A stretch of 63,645 bases of DNA, counting the filler, from an uncultured bacterium (GTDB lineage Bacteria > Latescibacterota > UBA2968): assembly GCA_964471275.1 (NCBI GenBank). It is 3 parts of 3 records of this genome, joined end to end, with 100 filler letters (N's around TTAATTAATTAA, not from the genome) between each part and the next. Parts side by side here need not be neighbours in the genome. Positions count along the whole stretch, not along the records: positions 26,803 to 53,080 come from CAYYGZ010000034.1; 2 more parts are not named here. One strand, 5' to 3'. Positions 26,916-35,854 of the stretch are shown here, piece by piece. The translations under genes and the position numbers were made by a program. The notes below the pieces were generated by a model. It was not told where the DNA came from and made no database searches. It was given only the letters and a program-made list of their open reading frames with translations. Numbering within the stretch: the first letter of the stretch is position 1; every line of letters starts with the position of its first letter.

Positions 26916-27239
26916 CTAGACCAAGCTCGAGATCTGCAGGCCGATTACGCCCACGATGATGAGTGTGATCGAGCCCGCCTTCATAAGGGTAAAGGACTCG
27001 CCAAAGTAGAGGATACCGATTGCCGTGATAATTACAGTACCGAGCCCGGACCAGATCGCACAGACCATCCTGATTTCCAGAGCCTTTACGGCCATGACCA
27101 TAGCGGCCTTGGATGCGAGATAGAATACACCGACCCCAATGGAGGGAAGGATGCAAGCGAAACCGTCAAAGAGTTTCATGCACGTCGTTCCCGCGACTTC
27201 CAGCACGATTGCGATGACGAGGTAGAGCCAAGCAACCAT
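26916..27239 (-). CDS. SMR (EmrE/QacE) family small multidrug transporter
   Basis: 107 aa, 4 TMs, AIVLEVAGT (Glu14), IWSGLGT, FGES. Confidence 0.85.
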   Translation of the reverse strand: MVAWLYLVIAIVLEVAGTTCMKLFDGFACILPSIGVGVFYLASKAAMVMAVKALEIRMVCAIWSGLGTVIITAIGILYFGESFTLMKAGSITLIIVGVIGLQISSLV

Positions 27240-27335
27240 GGGCGCTCGAGAATCTGTGAGATAAGGTCTTGGGTTGAGAAGTTGCTGTGTGAGCGATCTG
27301 GAACGTCAATCAGGATATGTCATGTCTGACAGGGA

Positions 27336-28463
27336 TCACAGGAAGATTTGGCGCAAGCGGGATATAATGATGTCGATTTCGTCTTCGACCAGGTGGGCGA
27401 CGGCGATCCGGATGCGGCTGCCTGATCCGCGTGTCCAGATCGACGGATCGCCCTGCTTCAGCTCTTCGATCACCTGCGCGGCGGTCTTGCCGGCCCCGTC
27501 TTCCACGGTGATCATGACTCCGTTGCTGAGGCTGTTGTCTTCGATGTGCCGCGCTGTGCTGATGTGTGGAACCGGTGCGAGCTGCGTCTCAATGTAATCG
27601 GCACGTCGCCAGTGTTCAGCGATCCGGGCCTCGTGATCCATCGAGAGCCATTCCCTCAGTGCGACGACGACCGCCACGATTTCCTGGCGATCCAGTTTCA
27701 GAGGACGGCCCACTGTTTCGTAGTCACTGGTTTCGAAACCGATGAAACTGTGTGTGTAGGCAACTTCGACCAGGTCCTTTCGACCCGCAAGGATACCCGT
27801 GGAGTTGCACGCGCCGATATATTTGGCACCAAAGCCGATCAGGCAATCGCGAGACTGCGCGTACCCACGCATGGTGTCCAGAGGATACACCTGATACGCC
27901 GCGTCGACAGTGATCGGCAGGTTGTGACGTTTGGCGATGCGATGGATTTCCGGTAGATGCTGGATGGTGTCATCTGGGTCTCCGGAAGCGTAGTAGTGGA
28001 TCGCGGCCGTCTGCTCGGTGATCGCGTCTTCCAGCTGCTCTTCAGATGTGCCTTTCTCCGTACCGACCATCAGGACCTGACCGCCAAAGACGGTCAGACA
28101 CCGTTCGTAATGGTAGTGCTGTCGGCGCTGGAACAGGAAGCGATTCGGGATTCCGTCGACGTTGGGCAACTGCTCCATCCGCTCCGGATTGCCCACGGAC
28201 ATGCAAGCGGCAGAGGAAAGTGCCAGCGCCGCTCCACATCCGGGGGTTACTATCGCGGCTTCCGCGCCGAGCCATTCGGCAATCTGTTCTCCTGTCGCAC
28301 GCTGCAGATCGTCCATAGAAACGAAGTGGCGGTTGGCGGCGACCATCGCCTCCTGAACCCCTGAAGAAACGCGCGAGCCGCCGAGGACGGTCATGTTCCC
28401 ACAGGCATTAATTACGGGCGTTGTGCCGAGGTCGCGGTAGAGCTGTGCCGGGTCGATTGTCAT
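27336..28463 (-). CDS. SelA-like PLP-dependent enzyme (DgaE-like family)
   Basis: LGTTPVINACGNMTVLGGS, VDAA, FGAKYIG (PLP Lys), GRPLKLDRQEI. Confidence 0.85.
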   Translation of the reverse strand: MTIDPAQLYRDLGTTPVINACGNMTVLGGSRVSSGVQEAMVAANRHFVSMDDLQRATGEQIAEWLGAEAAIVTPGCGAALALSSAACMSVGNPERMEQLPNVDGIPNRFLFQRRQHYHYERCLTVFGGQVLMVGTEKGTSEEQLEDAITEQTAAIHYYASGDPDDTIQHLPEIHRIAKRHNLPITVDAAYQVYPLDTMRGYAQSRDCLIGFGAKYIGACNSTGILAGRKDLVEVAYTHSFIGFETSDYETVGRPLKLDRQEIVAVVVALREWLSMDHEARIAEHWRRADYIETQLAPVPHISTARHIEDNSLSNGVMITVEDGAGKTAAQVIEELKQGDPSIWTRGSGSRIRIAVAHLVEDEIDIIISRLRQIFL

Positions 28464-28516
28464 CTCAACTCTTGTGTTGTGTGCCGGATGTTACCGAACA
28501 GTCGACACAGGGTTGT

Positions 28517-29446
28517 CTAGATCACGAGGTAGGCTGCACCAATCGATCCCGCATCATTTCCGAGGCAAGCGAGTTCAATTCGCGTATGCTCAAACATTCC
28601 TTCGAGTGTGTTTGCTTCGGCAGAGGCGACGATGGGATCTAACATGAGATTGCCTGCCGCTGAGATACCGCCGCCAATCGCGACAACATTGGGACTCAGG
28701 ATATTGATCAGGTTGGCAACAGCGATTCCTATGTATTTGGCAACGTGATCGACGGTAGCACGACCCAGTATATCACCTTCCGAGGCCGCGTCGCAGATGG
28801 CCTTTGGCGTGAGGTCTGTCCCCGACAGCGTTGACTCCCTCCCGTTGTCCAGTCCCGCCTGCGCGAAGTCAACCATGCCTCTTGTCGCGCTAATCGCCTC
28901 CAAACACCCGGCCTTCCCGCATCCACAGATAGGTCCATCGGGCAGCACAACCATATGGCCAATCTCACCCGCGGAGTAGGACGATCCGTGGTGCACGCGT
29001 CCGTCGATGATGATGCCTCCACCGATACCCGTTCCCAAGGTCAGCAGAGCCAGCGATTGGCATCCTTCACCAGCACCCGCCCTAGCTTCGGCGAGCGCAG
29101 CGACATTCGCGTCATTGTCCAATTCCACCGCTGTTTGCTCGAGCCGATCTGCCAGCATCTGCTTGAGCGGGACGTAATGCCAATCAAGATTGGGCGCAAT
29201 GACGACAGTGCCGTCCTGGCGCGTTACGCCAGGTACCCCGACACCCACACCCAATGTATCACCCATCTGAGTGCCGTGAGTGATACAGAGAGACTCTGCC
29301 AGTTCTACGATTCGATCAACCACACCCTCGGCACCTTCCTCCGGATGTGTTGCCGTCTTCTTCTGCAACAGGATCTGTCCGTCCCCGGATACGATCGCGC
29401 CCTTGATGTCCGTGCCGCCAAGATCAATACCTATTGCCGCCACCAC
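28517..29446 (-). CDS. ROK-family sugar kinase (glucokinase-like)
   Basis: GIDLGGT, NDANVAALAE, LGTGIGGG, GEIGH..CGCGKAGCLE. Confidence 0.93.
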   Translation of the reverse strand: MVAAIGIDLGGTDIKGAIVSGDGQILLQKKTATHPEEGAEGVVDRIVELAESLCITHGTQMGDTLGVGVGVPGVTRQDGTVVIAPNLDWHYVPLKQMLADRLEQTAVELDNDANVAALAEARAGAGEGCQSLALLTLGTGIGGGIIIDGRVHHGSSYSAGEIGHMVVLPDGPICGCGKAGCLEAISATRGMVDFAQAGLDNGRESTLSGTDLTPKAICDAASEGDILGRATVDHVAKYIGIAVANLINILSPNVVAIGGGISAAGNLMLDPIVASAEANTLEGMFEHTRIELACLGNDAGSIGAAYLVI

Positions 29447-29551
29447 GTCCTCCTTCTGCCGGCGAGTTGTAAATAGGATGAATAAGCCGAGTATCCCACA
29501 TCCATCCGTTGCTGTGTATACACTGTATTGCAGGTTGTCCGGAACGAGGGA

Positions 29552-30649
29552 TCATCGTGAGAAGTCCACAGGCGAATTTGTCAGATAGGCCTGGGTAATG
29601 TTGATGATGAGCGCGATGTCATCAAGCGCGTCTTTGACCGGTGTCCGGCATTCCGCCCCGTTGGCGACGCAGTCGTGGAAGTGCCGGAGCTCGGCGATGA
29701 AAGGACTCTCCCACTCGACCGCCGGGTGACGGGTGTTGGTTCTTCCCTCAGCGTCTACTTCCTGAACAAGGACATCGGAGAGCTGTCCGCGTGAGAAGCC
29801 GGTCGGGTAGCTTAGAATGACGCGCTTGTCATCCCCGTAGATCTCGAGCGTTTCCTTGAAGTCCCATAGATGGGGCAGGTCAATCCAGGTCGCGACAGTG
29901 CGTGCGCCCGAGGAATACTCGAGCACGGTCGAGACGGCACGACCCTCCTGCCAGACTTCCGTGCTGACCACCCGGGCAGGATTGCCCATAACCTTTCTCA
30001 GACCATAGAGGTCGTGAATCATGCTGCCCGACAGTGTGAAGAACGCGCGGGAGGCCTCTGTGGGGATACCTTCCCCGAAGGCCTGCTTGAGTGCGGCACT
30101 ACGGGCCTCGCCTGATTGCTGAACAGCATCCGCAGGTATGTCTTCACATCGCTCGATGTGGAACTGGCTGGTATGCAGATCATTATTGGGGTGGAGATGG
30201 TTAATCTGGACGAATGCGGGATCCCAACCCCGTGTCTCCGTGTATGCCAGCTCGAAAGCGGGGTCATACACCTTCATGTAACCAACCTGCAAAACCGATC
30301 CTGCCTGCTCACCCGCTTCGTGAATCGCGGCCGCCTCTTCGTTCGAAAAGCACAACGGTTTCTCGATGAACAGGTGTTTCCCCGCCTCGAGGGCGGCAAC
30401 CGCGATTTCCGTCTTGGGATCACGGTGACAGAGAAGAACGGCGTCGACGTCTGGAGCATTGATCACTTCCCGGTAGTCTGTTGTATGACTTGCGACGTTG
30501 AATCTATTCGCCAAGTACCTGGCGAGTCCGGCGGAAACGTCGCAGGTCCACGTGACCTCAAAGAGATGCTGAAGCTCGTGGAGGTTGGGCATGTGCTGGA
30601 CCTGTGCGATCGCACCGCAGCCGATGATGGCGATCCTTACTCTTTCCAT
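29552..30649 (-). CDS. Gfo/Idh/MocA-family oxidoreductase
   Basis: IAIIGCGAIA, GKHLFIEKP, QVGYMK, IHDL. Start re-called at ATG 30649. Confidence 0.9.
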   Translation of the reverse strand: MERVRIAIIGCGAIAQVQHMPNLHELQHLFEVTWTCDVSAGLARYLANRFNVASHTTDYREVINAPDVDAVLLCHRDPKTEIAVAALEAGKHLFIEKPLCFSNEEAAAIHEAGEQAGSVLQVGYMKVYDPAFELAYTETRGWDPAFVQINHLHPNNDLHTSQFHIERCEDIPADAVQQSGEARSAALKQAFGEGIPTEASRAFFTLSGSMIHDLYGLRKVMGNPARVVSTEVWQEGRAVSTVLEYSSGARTVATWIDLPHLWDFKETLEIYGDDKRVILSYPTGFSRGQLSDVLVQEVDAEGRTNTRHPAVEWESPFIAELRHFHDCVANGAECRTPVKDALDDIALIINITQAYLTNSPVDFSR

Positions 30650-30742
30650 ACAGACTCCGACCTTGAATGGCGATGGACCCACGGACGACACTCTTCGATT
30701 GTGTTCAGGGCAGGTTCCAGACGTGGCGGGTAAACCCTCTGG

Positions 30743-31369
30743 CTAGTCCGATGAGCTTATGTCATAGGAGAGATCGTTCCAGCTGTCGCCGAATTCAGAG
30801 ACGGCCTTGAAGACCTCGTAGACATCCTTCCACATCTTCTCGCGAATCGAGTCAGCGGCAGCAGCTTCGAACTGGTCGAGTGCAGGTTCGTGGTTCTTGA
30901 CCAAGGCAGACGTTGCGGCAGCCAAAGACCGAGCGGCAGAACGATGCCTGGCGACCCGGGCTTCGCGCTTCACGGATTCATCAATCTGTACATCATAGGA
31001 ACTGGCCGACGAGAAGCTGACGGGTTTGGCCGACCCGCTCGTTGTGCGTCCTGTGTGTGTCGGCAGAATGTGCGGGGTGACGGAAAGGTACATGATGACC
31101 GGCTCATCCCCAACGACTCGGACCGAGTGAGCCTCATCCGTAAGGGCGAAACAGAGCTGGCCCGCTTTGACAGTCTGTAGATCTCCCTCAATTTCGAATT
31201 CGGCAACGCCTTGTAGGATCAGGAAGACCTCATGACCCAGGTCGTGGCTGTGGCGCGTGTTGAAGCCCTGGCCAGGTTCCATCCTCAGGATTCGGGATCG
31301 CATCTCGGGCGTGATCAGAAGGTTCTTGATATGGTCCGGGTTGCGGTAGTCGTAGACGGTGAAGGGCAT
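30743..31369 (-). CDS. Cupin-domain protein
   Basis: HSHDLGHEVFLILQG...EAHSV metal-binding cupin motifs. Confidence 0.85.
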   Translation of the reverse strand: MPFTVYDYRNPDHIKNLLITPEMRSRILRMEPGQGFNTRHSHDLGHEVFLILQGVAEFEIEGDLQTVKAGQLCFALTDEAHSVRVVGDEPVIMYLSVTPHILPTHTGRTTSGSAKPVSFSSASSYDVQIDESVKREARVARHRSAARSLAAATSALVKNHEPALDQFEAAAADSIREKMWKDVYEVFKAVSEFGDSWNDLSYDISSSD

Positions 31370-31562
31370 CAGGAGCTCCTAGAGGCGGCCGGGAAGTTGG
31401 AGAATCGGCAGGGGTGGATCGGCAAGTAGGCAATAGGCAAGTCGGTAGACCTTCAAGAAGAGGGTCGGTATTGATTCCAAGAAGAAGTGCCTGTCTGGCT
31501 GATGAGTCATAGCCGCTCCTTCGATGCACCGCCCGGTGTAAGAAACTGCACGGATCGACACA

Positions 31563-31892
31563 CTACCCGATTGTCGTGTTCTCGAGGATCCAGTCCAAGT
31601 AAGGAGCGTGGCCATTAACGATCGGGACGACGACGATGTCCGGGACGTCGTAGCTGTGGAGTTCCCGTATACGCACGATGAGTCTGTCGACAGTAGTCAC
31701 GGCCGTCTTGAGGAAGACAAGGGATTCCATTTCGTCCTCCACCGTGCCCTGCCACCGGTATATCGATCGAATACCCGGTACGATGTTGGCACAGGCGGCA
31801 AGTTGCTCCTCGACGACCGTTCGCGCGATCTGGGCAGCTTCGTTCTCGGACGAGGCGGTGGTGTAGACCATCCGTACCAGCGCATCAGACAT
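31563..31892 (-). CDS. cutA: Divalent-cation tolerance protein CutA
   Basis: LAACANI, SIYRWQG, LHSYDVP, YLDW. Confidence 0.93.
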   Translation of the reverse strand: MSDALVRMVYTTASSENEAAQIARTVVEEQLAACANIVPGIRSIYRWQGTVEDEMESLVFLKTAVTTVDRLIVRIRELHSYDVPDIVVVPIVNGHAPYLDWILENTTIG

Positions 31893-32373
31893 TCACATTC
31901 CTCCTCGCTTCTGCCAGACGAATTGCCGTAAGCCGGGCATTCATTCGCTCCGTATGAGATCCGGCCCAGTAGACTCTTTCGCACGATGGACAACGGAAGA
32001 ACTGGAGCTGAGACTTCAGCACGTGAGGGGGTACGGACGACCGAATGCTGTCAATTCCGACCTCGACGATGGCGACGTTGCATTCCAGACAGCGTGTGAA
32101 GGTTTGGCGTTCAAGGTCGAGACCGATCTCTACTACAAGCTGAGCCAACTGATCTTCGAGCGCGTCCGCGTTGAGATACACACAGGTAACATTAGCCAGG
32201 TTGTCTGCTCGATCGGCAAGCGGTCTGTCACGTGTCAGAAGTATCCTGCCGTGACCCCCTGCCTCTGCCAGAAGGTCATCATCGACTGCGAAATTGTCGT
32301 ACACTGTGTCATACCCGAGGATGCGCAACCACCGAGCCAGCTTCCCGAGCATACAGTCTGCGAGAAGTTCCAT
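31885..32373 (-). CDS. Mut7-C RNase (PIN-like) domain protein
   Basis: LADCMLGKLARWLRILGYDT, LLTRD, RCLECN..CPSCERVYWAGSH. Start re-called at ATG 32373. Confidence 0.9.
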   Translation of the reverse strand: MELLADCMLGKLARWLRILGYDTVYDNFAVDDDLLAEAGGHGRILLTRDRPLADRADNLANVTCVYLNADALEDQLAQLVVEIGLDLERQTFTRCLECNVAIVEVGIDSIRSSVPPHVLKSQLQFFRCPSCERVYWAGSHTERMNARLTAIRLAEARRNVNV

Positions 32374-32565
32374 GTCCGTCTGATCCTCACTGGTTGAGAT
32401 GTTGCGGTGCTGCCTTGTCAGCACTACAAGGTTCCACAAGTACGTGCTCCCATCTGTCATGGCAAGGCCGTATTTGAACGCACGTGAGTTCGGGCAGTCT
32501 ATCCTCGGGTGAGATCCAACTGAGTCTCGAATCGCACGATCCACTATACACGATGAGATCGGTGA

Positions 32566-33651
32566 ATGAGCGTACCTCTGACTGTCCTCACAGATACACC
32601 CGCCCGGTTTACGGCCGTCGGGCGTGTGCTCGAGAAACACGTTCGTGAAGGAACGACACCGGCCGTGTGCGCCAGTGTGACCGATCGCTCCAGGGATCTC
32701 GCTGTCTGGTCAGTGGGTCGACACACCTATGCAGAGTCATCACCCGCTACTCGGCACGATGATCTTTACGATCTCGCGTCCGTGACCAAGGTCGTGGCGA
32801 CGGCAACGCTGTGTGCCCTGCTTGTGGACAGGGGAAAGCTCGATCTGGATGCGCCTGTTTCATCGTGGGTAACCGGAGTGGACGATCTTGTCACGCCGCG
32901 CGCGCTACTGTCGCACGCGGCCGGTCTCCCGGCTCACGTGCATCTCTTCAACCGGATGGTTGATCGCGAGGAGGTTGTCAACGCCGTTTGTCGGATGGAG
33001 CTCGAGTACGAACCACTGACCCGGTCTGTCTATAGTGATATGGGATACATCCTGTTGGGTACTGTTCTGGAACGGCTTACAGGAGCTCCCCTCAATGAGC
33101 TGTTTCGCGATTGCGTGCGGGAACCCCTGGGCTTGCACGAGACCGTGTTCTGTCCTGGCGAGTCCGCACGTCCTCGAATCGTGCCGACGGAGAGCGACAC
33201 TCGCTGGCGAGGTCGATTGGTGCACGGCGAAGTCCACGACGAGAATGCCTCGGTCATGCGCGGGATCGCACCGCACGCGGGCTTGTTTTCGAGCGTCAGG
33301 GATTGTGCGAGATTCGCGAGACTCTGGCTGAACGAGGGCGTGCTGGACGGAAAACGGCATCTGGCGTCCGAAACGATCCGGATGTTCCGGAAGCGAGATA
33401 ACCGTGCAGCGGGCAGCTCGTGGGCGCTGGGGTGGGATACCGTCACACCCGGGGCGAGCACATCCGGTCAGTATTTCTCAGCGGAATCGTATGGAGCACT
33501 CGGGTTCACCGGCACCTCGATCTGGATCGATCCAGGGGCAGAAATCGCTGTCGTTCTGCTGACAAACCGTGTTCATCCGACGCGGGAAAACTGGGGTATC
33601 AAGCGGCTGCGGCCCGAGTTCCACGATGCGGTGAGGGAGGGGTTGATGTAG
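32566..33651 (+). CDS. Serine hydrolase, beta-lactamase (class C/PBP-like) fold
   Basis: DLASVTK (SxxK), YSD, GEVHDENA, HAGLFS, GFTGTSIWID, LTNRVHP. Confidence 0.88.
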   Translation: MSVPLTVLTDTPARFTAVGRVLEKHVREGTTPAVCASVTDRSRDLAVWSVGRHTYAESSPATRHDDLYDLASVTKVVATATLCALLVDRGKLDLDAPVSSWVTGVDDLVTPRALLSHAAGLPAHVHLFNRMVDREEVVNAVCRMELEYEPLTRSVYSDMGYILLGTVLERLTGAPLNELFRDCVREPLGLHETVFCPGESARPRIVPTESDTRWRGRLVHGEVHDENASVMRGIAPHAGLFSSVRDCARFARLWLNEGVLDGKRHLASETIRMFRKRDNRAAGSSWALGWDTVTPGASTSGQYFSAESYGALGFTGTSIWIDPGAEIAVVLLTNRVHPTRENWGIKRLRPEFHDAVREGLM

Positions 33652-33736
33652 GGGATGTGTAGAAAGAAGATGTGGAGAGAGAAGATTGGAGGGCATTGTG
33701 TGTCGACAAGATCGGTTCTGTTCGGGCAAACGGCAC

Positions 33737-35686
33737 TCACTCAGTGATCGTGAAGACCACCGTGTCGGTTTGGGGATTGGCTCGGTGGGTAAACAGGATG
33801 CGATACACCCTTTCACCCCAGACACGCTTCAGGTTACGGTCCTCCAATTCGATCTCTTCGATCGCCGGTTCGAGTTTTGAGGGATCATACGCGATCGAGA
33901 ACTCGACCTGCTTCTCTTCGTCCAGGGGTGTTCCGGAGATACGGACACTACTATCGCCGATAGTCGCCGGGTAGGGCGTCATAAACGTGAAGGTTAGACT
34001 TCTTGCCTTCGACTCAAGCCTGAAGCTGTCGGTGAGTGTCACACCTTTCACGCGATCCATCCGAACCGATCGATCCCACCGGTCGATTCCGGCCGATTCG
34101 GGAAACGCACCCGCAATGCTCTGAGTCAGTTGTGCATATGCATCAGTCGATTCGTATGCGACGTCCTCTGCACGGAAACGCTTACCCTCCTTCTCCATTA
34201 CACCGTTGATCGTCGGCAGATTGTGGAACGCAGACTGCATCGTCCAGATGTCGTAGCGATCCCTGCTGAACGTCTTCCTCGAGTACGTTTCGACACCGAC
34301 GTCGATCAGGGCTGGATATCCATCGAGGTAGACGACGAAGCTTCCGACGTCGTTGTGATTGTGACTCTCCGCGTTGTGACCGCCCTTTGCGGCAACATAC
34401 CAGCCATCCGGAGACCCGGCATTGGATCGTGCGAACATCACCTGAATGTCGGGAAGCCACGCATCACGCAAATAGGGCTGTGAAGCCCGCGCCTCCATCA
34501 TTTCATCCAGATTCCAGATCGAGAACAGCTGCCGAGACAGGTTGCCGCCAACGCCCCGCCGGACCGGGTTGCGTCTCTGTACGGCCCACGCGCCGAACGC
34601 CATCATCGTCGCGTCACCGATCTGCTTGCCGTATCGGTAGACCATCTCACCCGCGATGCTCGACTTGGCTCGCGCATCCGCAAAATTGACGACATACCGC
34701 TCGTGGATGTGGGCCTTGTAGATGAAACGCCCAATCTCGCGAATCAGCGGATTGTCGTAGTGTGAAAGCTTCCCGTCAGTGGCAACGCGGAGGAATTCCA
34801 GGTAGTCAAAGAGACGTCCGCCCGCAACGTTCCAGTAGCCGGGTCCCTCGTCACAGCCGCCGTCGGCCGGGTAATGGTTGAGGAAGTTTTCCATGCTGCG
34901 CATCGTTTTGTGGATGCCCGCAGCTCTGCGCTCCTCATTCTGTTCTGCCAGCAGGACACACGTCAGCCAGTTGGTGTTGATCCACGGGTTCCAGTTGTTG
35001 ACCCGTCTGTCGGGGAAGCCCATCCACCAGAAGTCGTCCCGTTCCAGGTTCGGGGTCAGGATCCTACGATCGATTTCGGTCAGGATCCGGGCAGGCAGGA
35101 GGGGTGAGATCTCCGCAAGCTGATCCGCGAGCAGATAGTGTATCCACGCCAGTCCTGCTCCGGTCTCCGCCGCGAACAGATCCACAATCTGTTCGTCTAC
35201 ATCGGCGAGACCGTGACGCGCCTTCTGCAGGCTCAAGTGTGCGGGGATCACCCAGGAGGTTTCTTCACAAGTGGCCCAGATGCCGTTGGCCAATGGCTCG
35301 ATGAATCGTCCCTTGCCCTCGGCACATTCAGCCAGCGCAAGGTCGACGAGAGCCCGTCTCCGACGATTTACGAGATTCTGGTAGTTGCTGCGGTTCCCGG
35401 TCCGGGCGAATTCCAGGTAGACGGTCGCTGGCAGGTTCGGCCAGTCGAAGTCGAGTGCCTTCTCGCCGTTCCGTATGTATCGGGCACGGAGCTGATCGGG
35501 AAGGGATTCCCAGCCTTCACGGTCCGACGCCTTCGGGAAAGGGTTGAAACTGTTGAGAGGGGTGATGATCCCACGGAGTTGTTCGAGCGTCGTGCCGCCC
35601 GTGAGGATGTTGCGTCTTTCCTCGGCTTGGGCGGAAACTGAACAGAGAAGCAGAAGTGTCAGGATTGCAGCGCAGATTGCCTTCAT
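33737..35686 (-). CDS. Heparinase II/III-family lyase, PL33-like, with signal peptide (paralogue 6)
   Basis: Signal peptide MKAICAAILTLLLLCSVSAQA; RVNNWNPWI, DGGCDEGPGYW, NFADA, KGGHNAESHNHND, YDIWTMQS. Confidence 0.85.
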   Translation of the reverse strand: MKAICAAILTLLLLCSVSAQAEERRNILTGGTTLEQLRGIITPLNSFNPFPKASDREGWESLPDQLRARYIRNGEKALDFDWPNLPATVYLEFARTGNRSNYQNLVNRRRRALVDLALAECAEGKGRFIEPLANGIWATCEETSWVIPAHLSLQKARHGLADVDEQIVDLFAAETGAGLAWIHYLLADQLAEISPLLPARILTEIDRRILTPNLERDDFWWMGFPDRRVNNWNPWINTNWLTCVLLAEQNEERRAAGIHKTMRSMENFLNHYPADGGCDEGPGYWNVAGGRLFDYLEFLRVATDGKLSHYDNPLIREIGRFIYKAHIHERYVVNFADARAKSSIAGEMVYRYGKQIGDATMMAFGAWAVQRRNPVRRGVGGNLSRQLFSIWNLDEMMEARASQPYLRDAWLPDIQVMFARSNAGSPDGWYVAAKGGHNAESHNHNDVGSFVVYLDGYPALIDVGVETYSRKTFSRDRYDIWTMQSAFHNLPTINGVMEKEGKRFRAEDVAYESTDAYAQLTQSIAGAFPESAGIDRWDRSVRMDRVKGVTLTDSFRLESKARSLTFTFMTPYPATIGDSSVRISGTPLDEEKQVEFSIAYDPSKLEPAIEEIELEDRNLKRVWGERVYRILFTHRANPQTDTVVFTITE

Positions 35687-35854
35687 TGTGTTGTTCTCTC
35701 GATCCGGTTAGGGCTCGTCACGGTGCAGGTGACAGATTCTGTTGGCGAAATGCTCGGCCCGGTCTGGTCTCTTCATCGTTCAATCTCTTGGAGGCTACAG
35801 AACGCGATGCCCTGGCCGCGTATATCGGGATCGAGTCTTCTGAATCTTCCCCTC

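Noticed and set aside
27336..28463. Selenocysteine synthase selA
   Set aside because: Too short, lacks SelA-specific features, and no selB/selC/selD is nearby; better read as a SelA-like family member.
12338..28463. Operon link between the amidohydrolase and the SelA-like gene
   Set aside because: They lie on different contigs separated by a linker.
32566..33651. Antibiotic-resistance beta-lactamase
   Set aside because: No signal peptide, and the motifs match the broad esterase/amidase branch of the fold.
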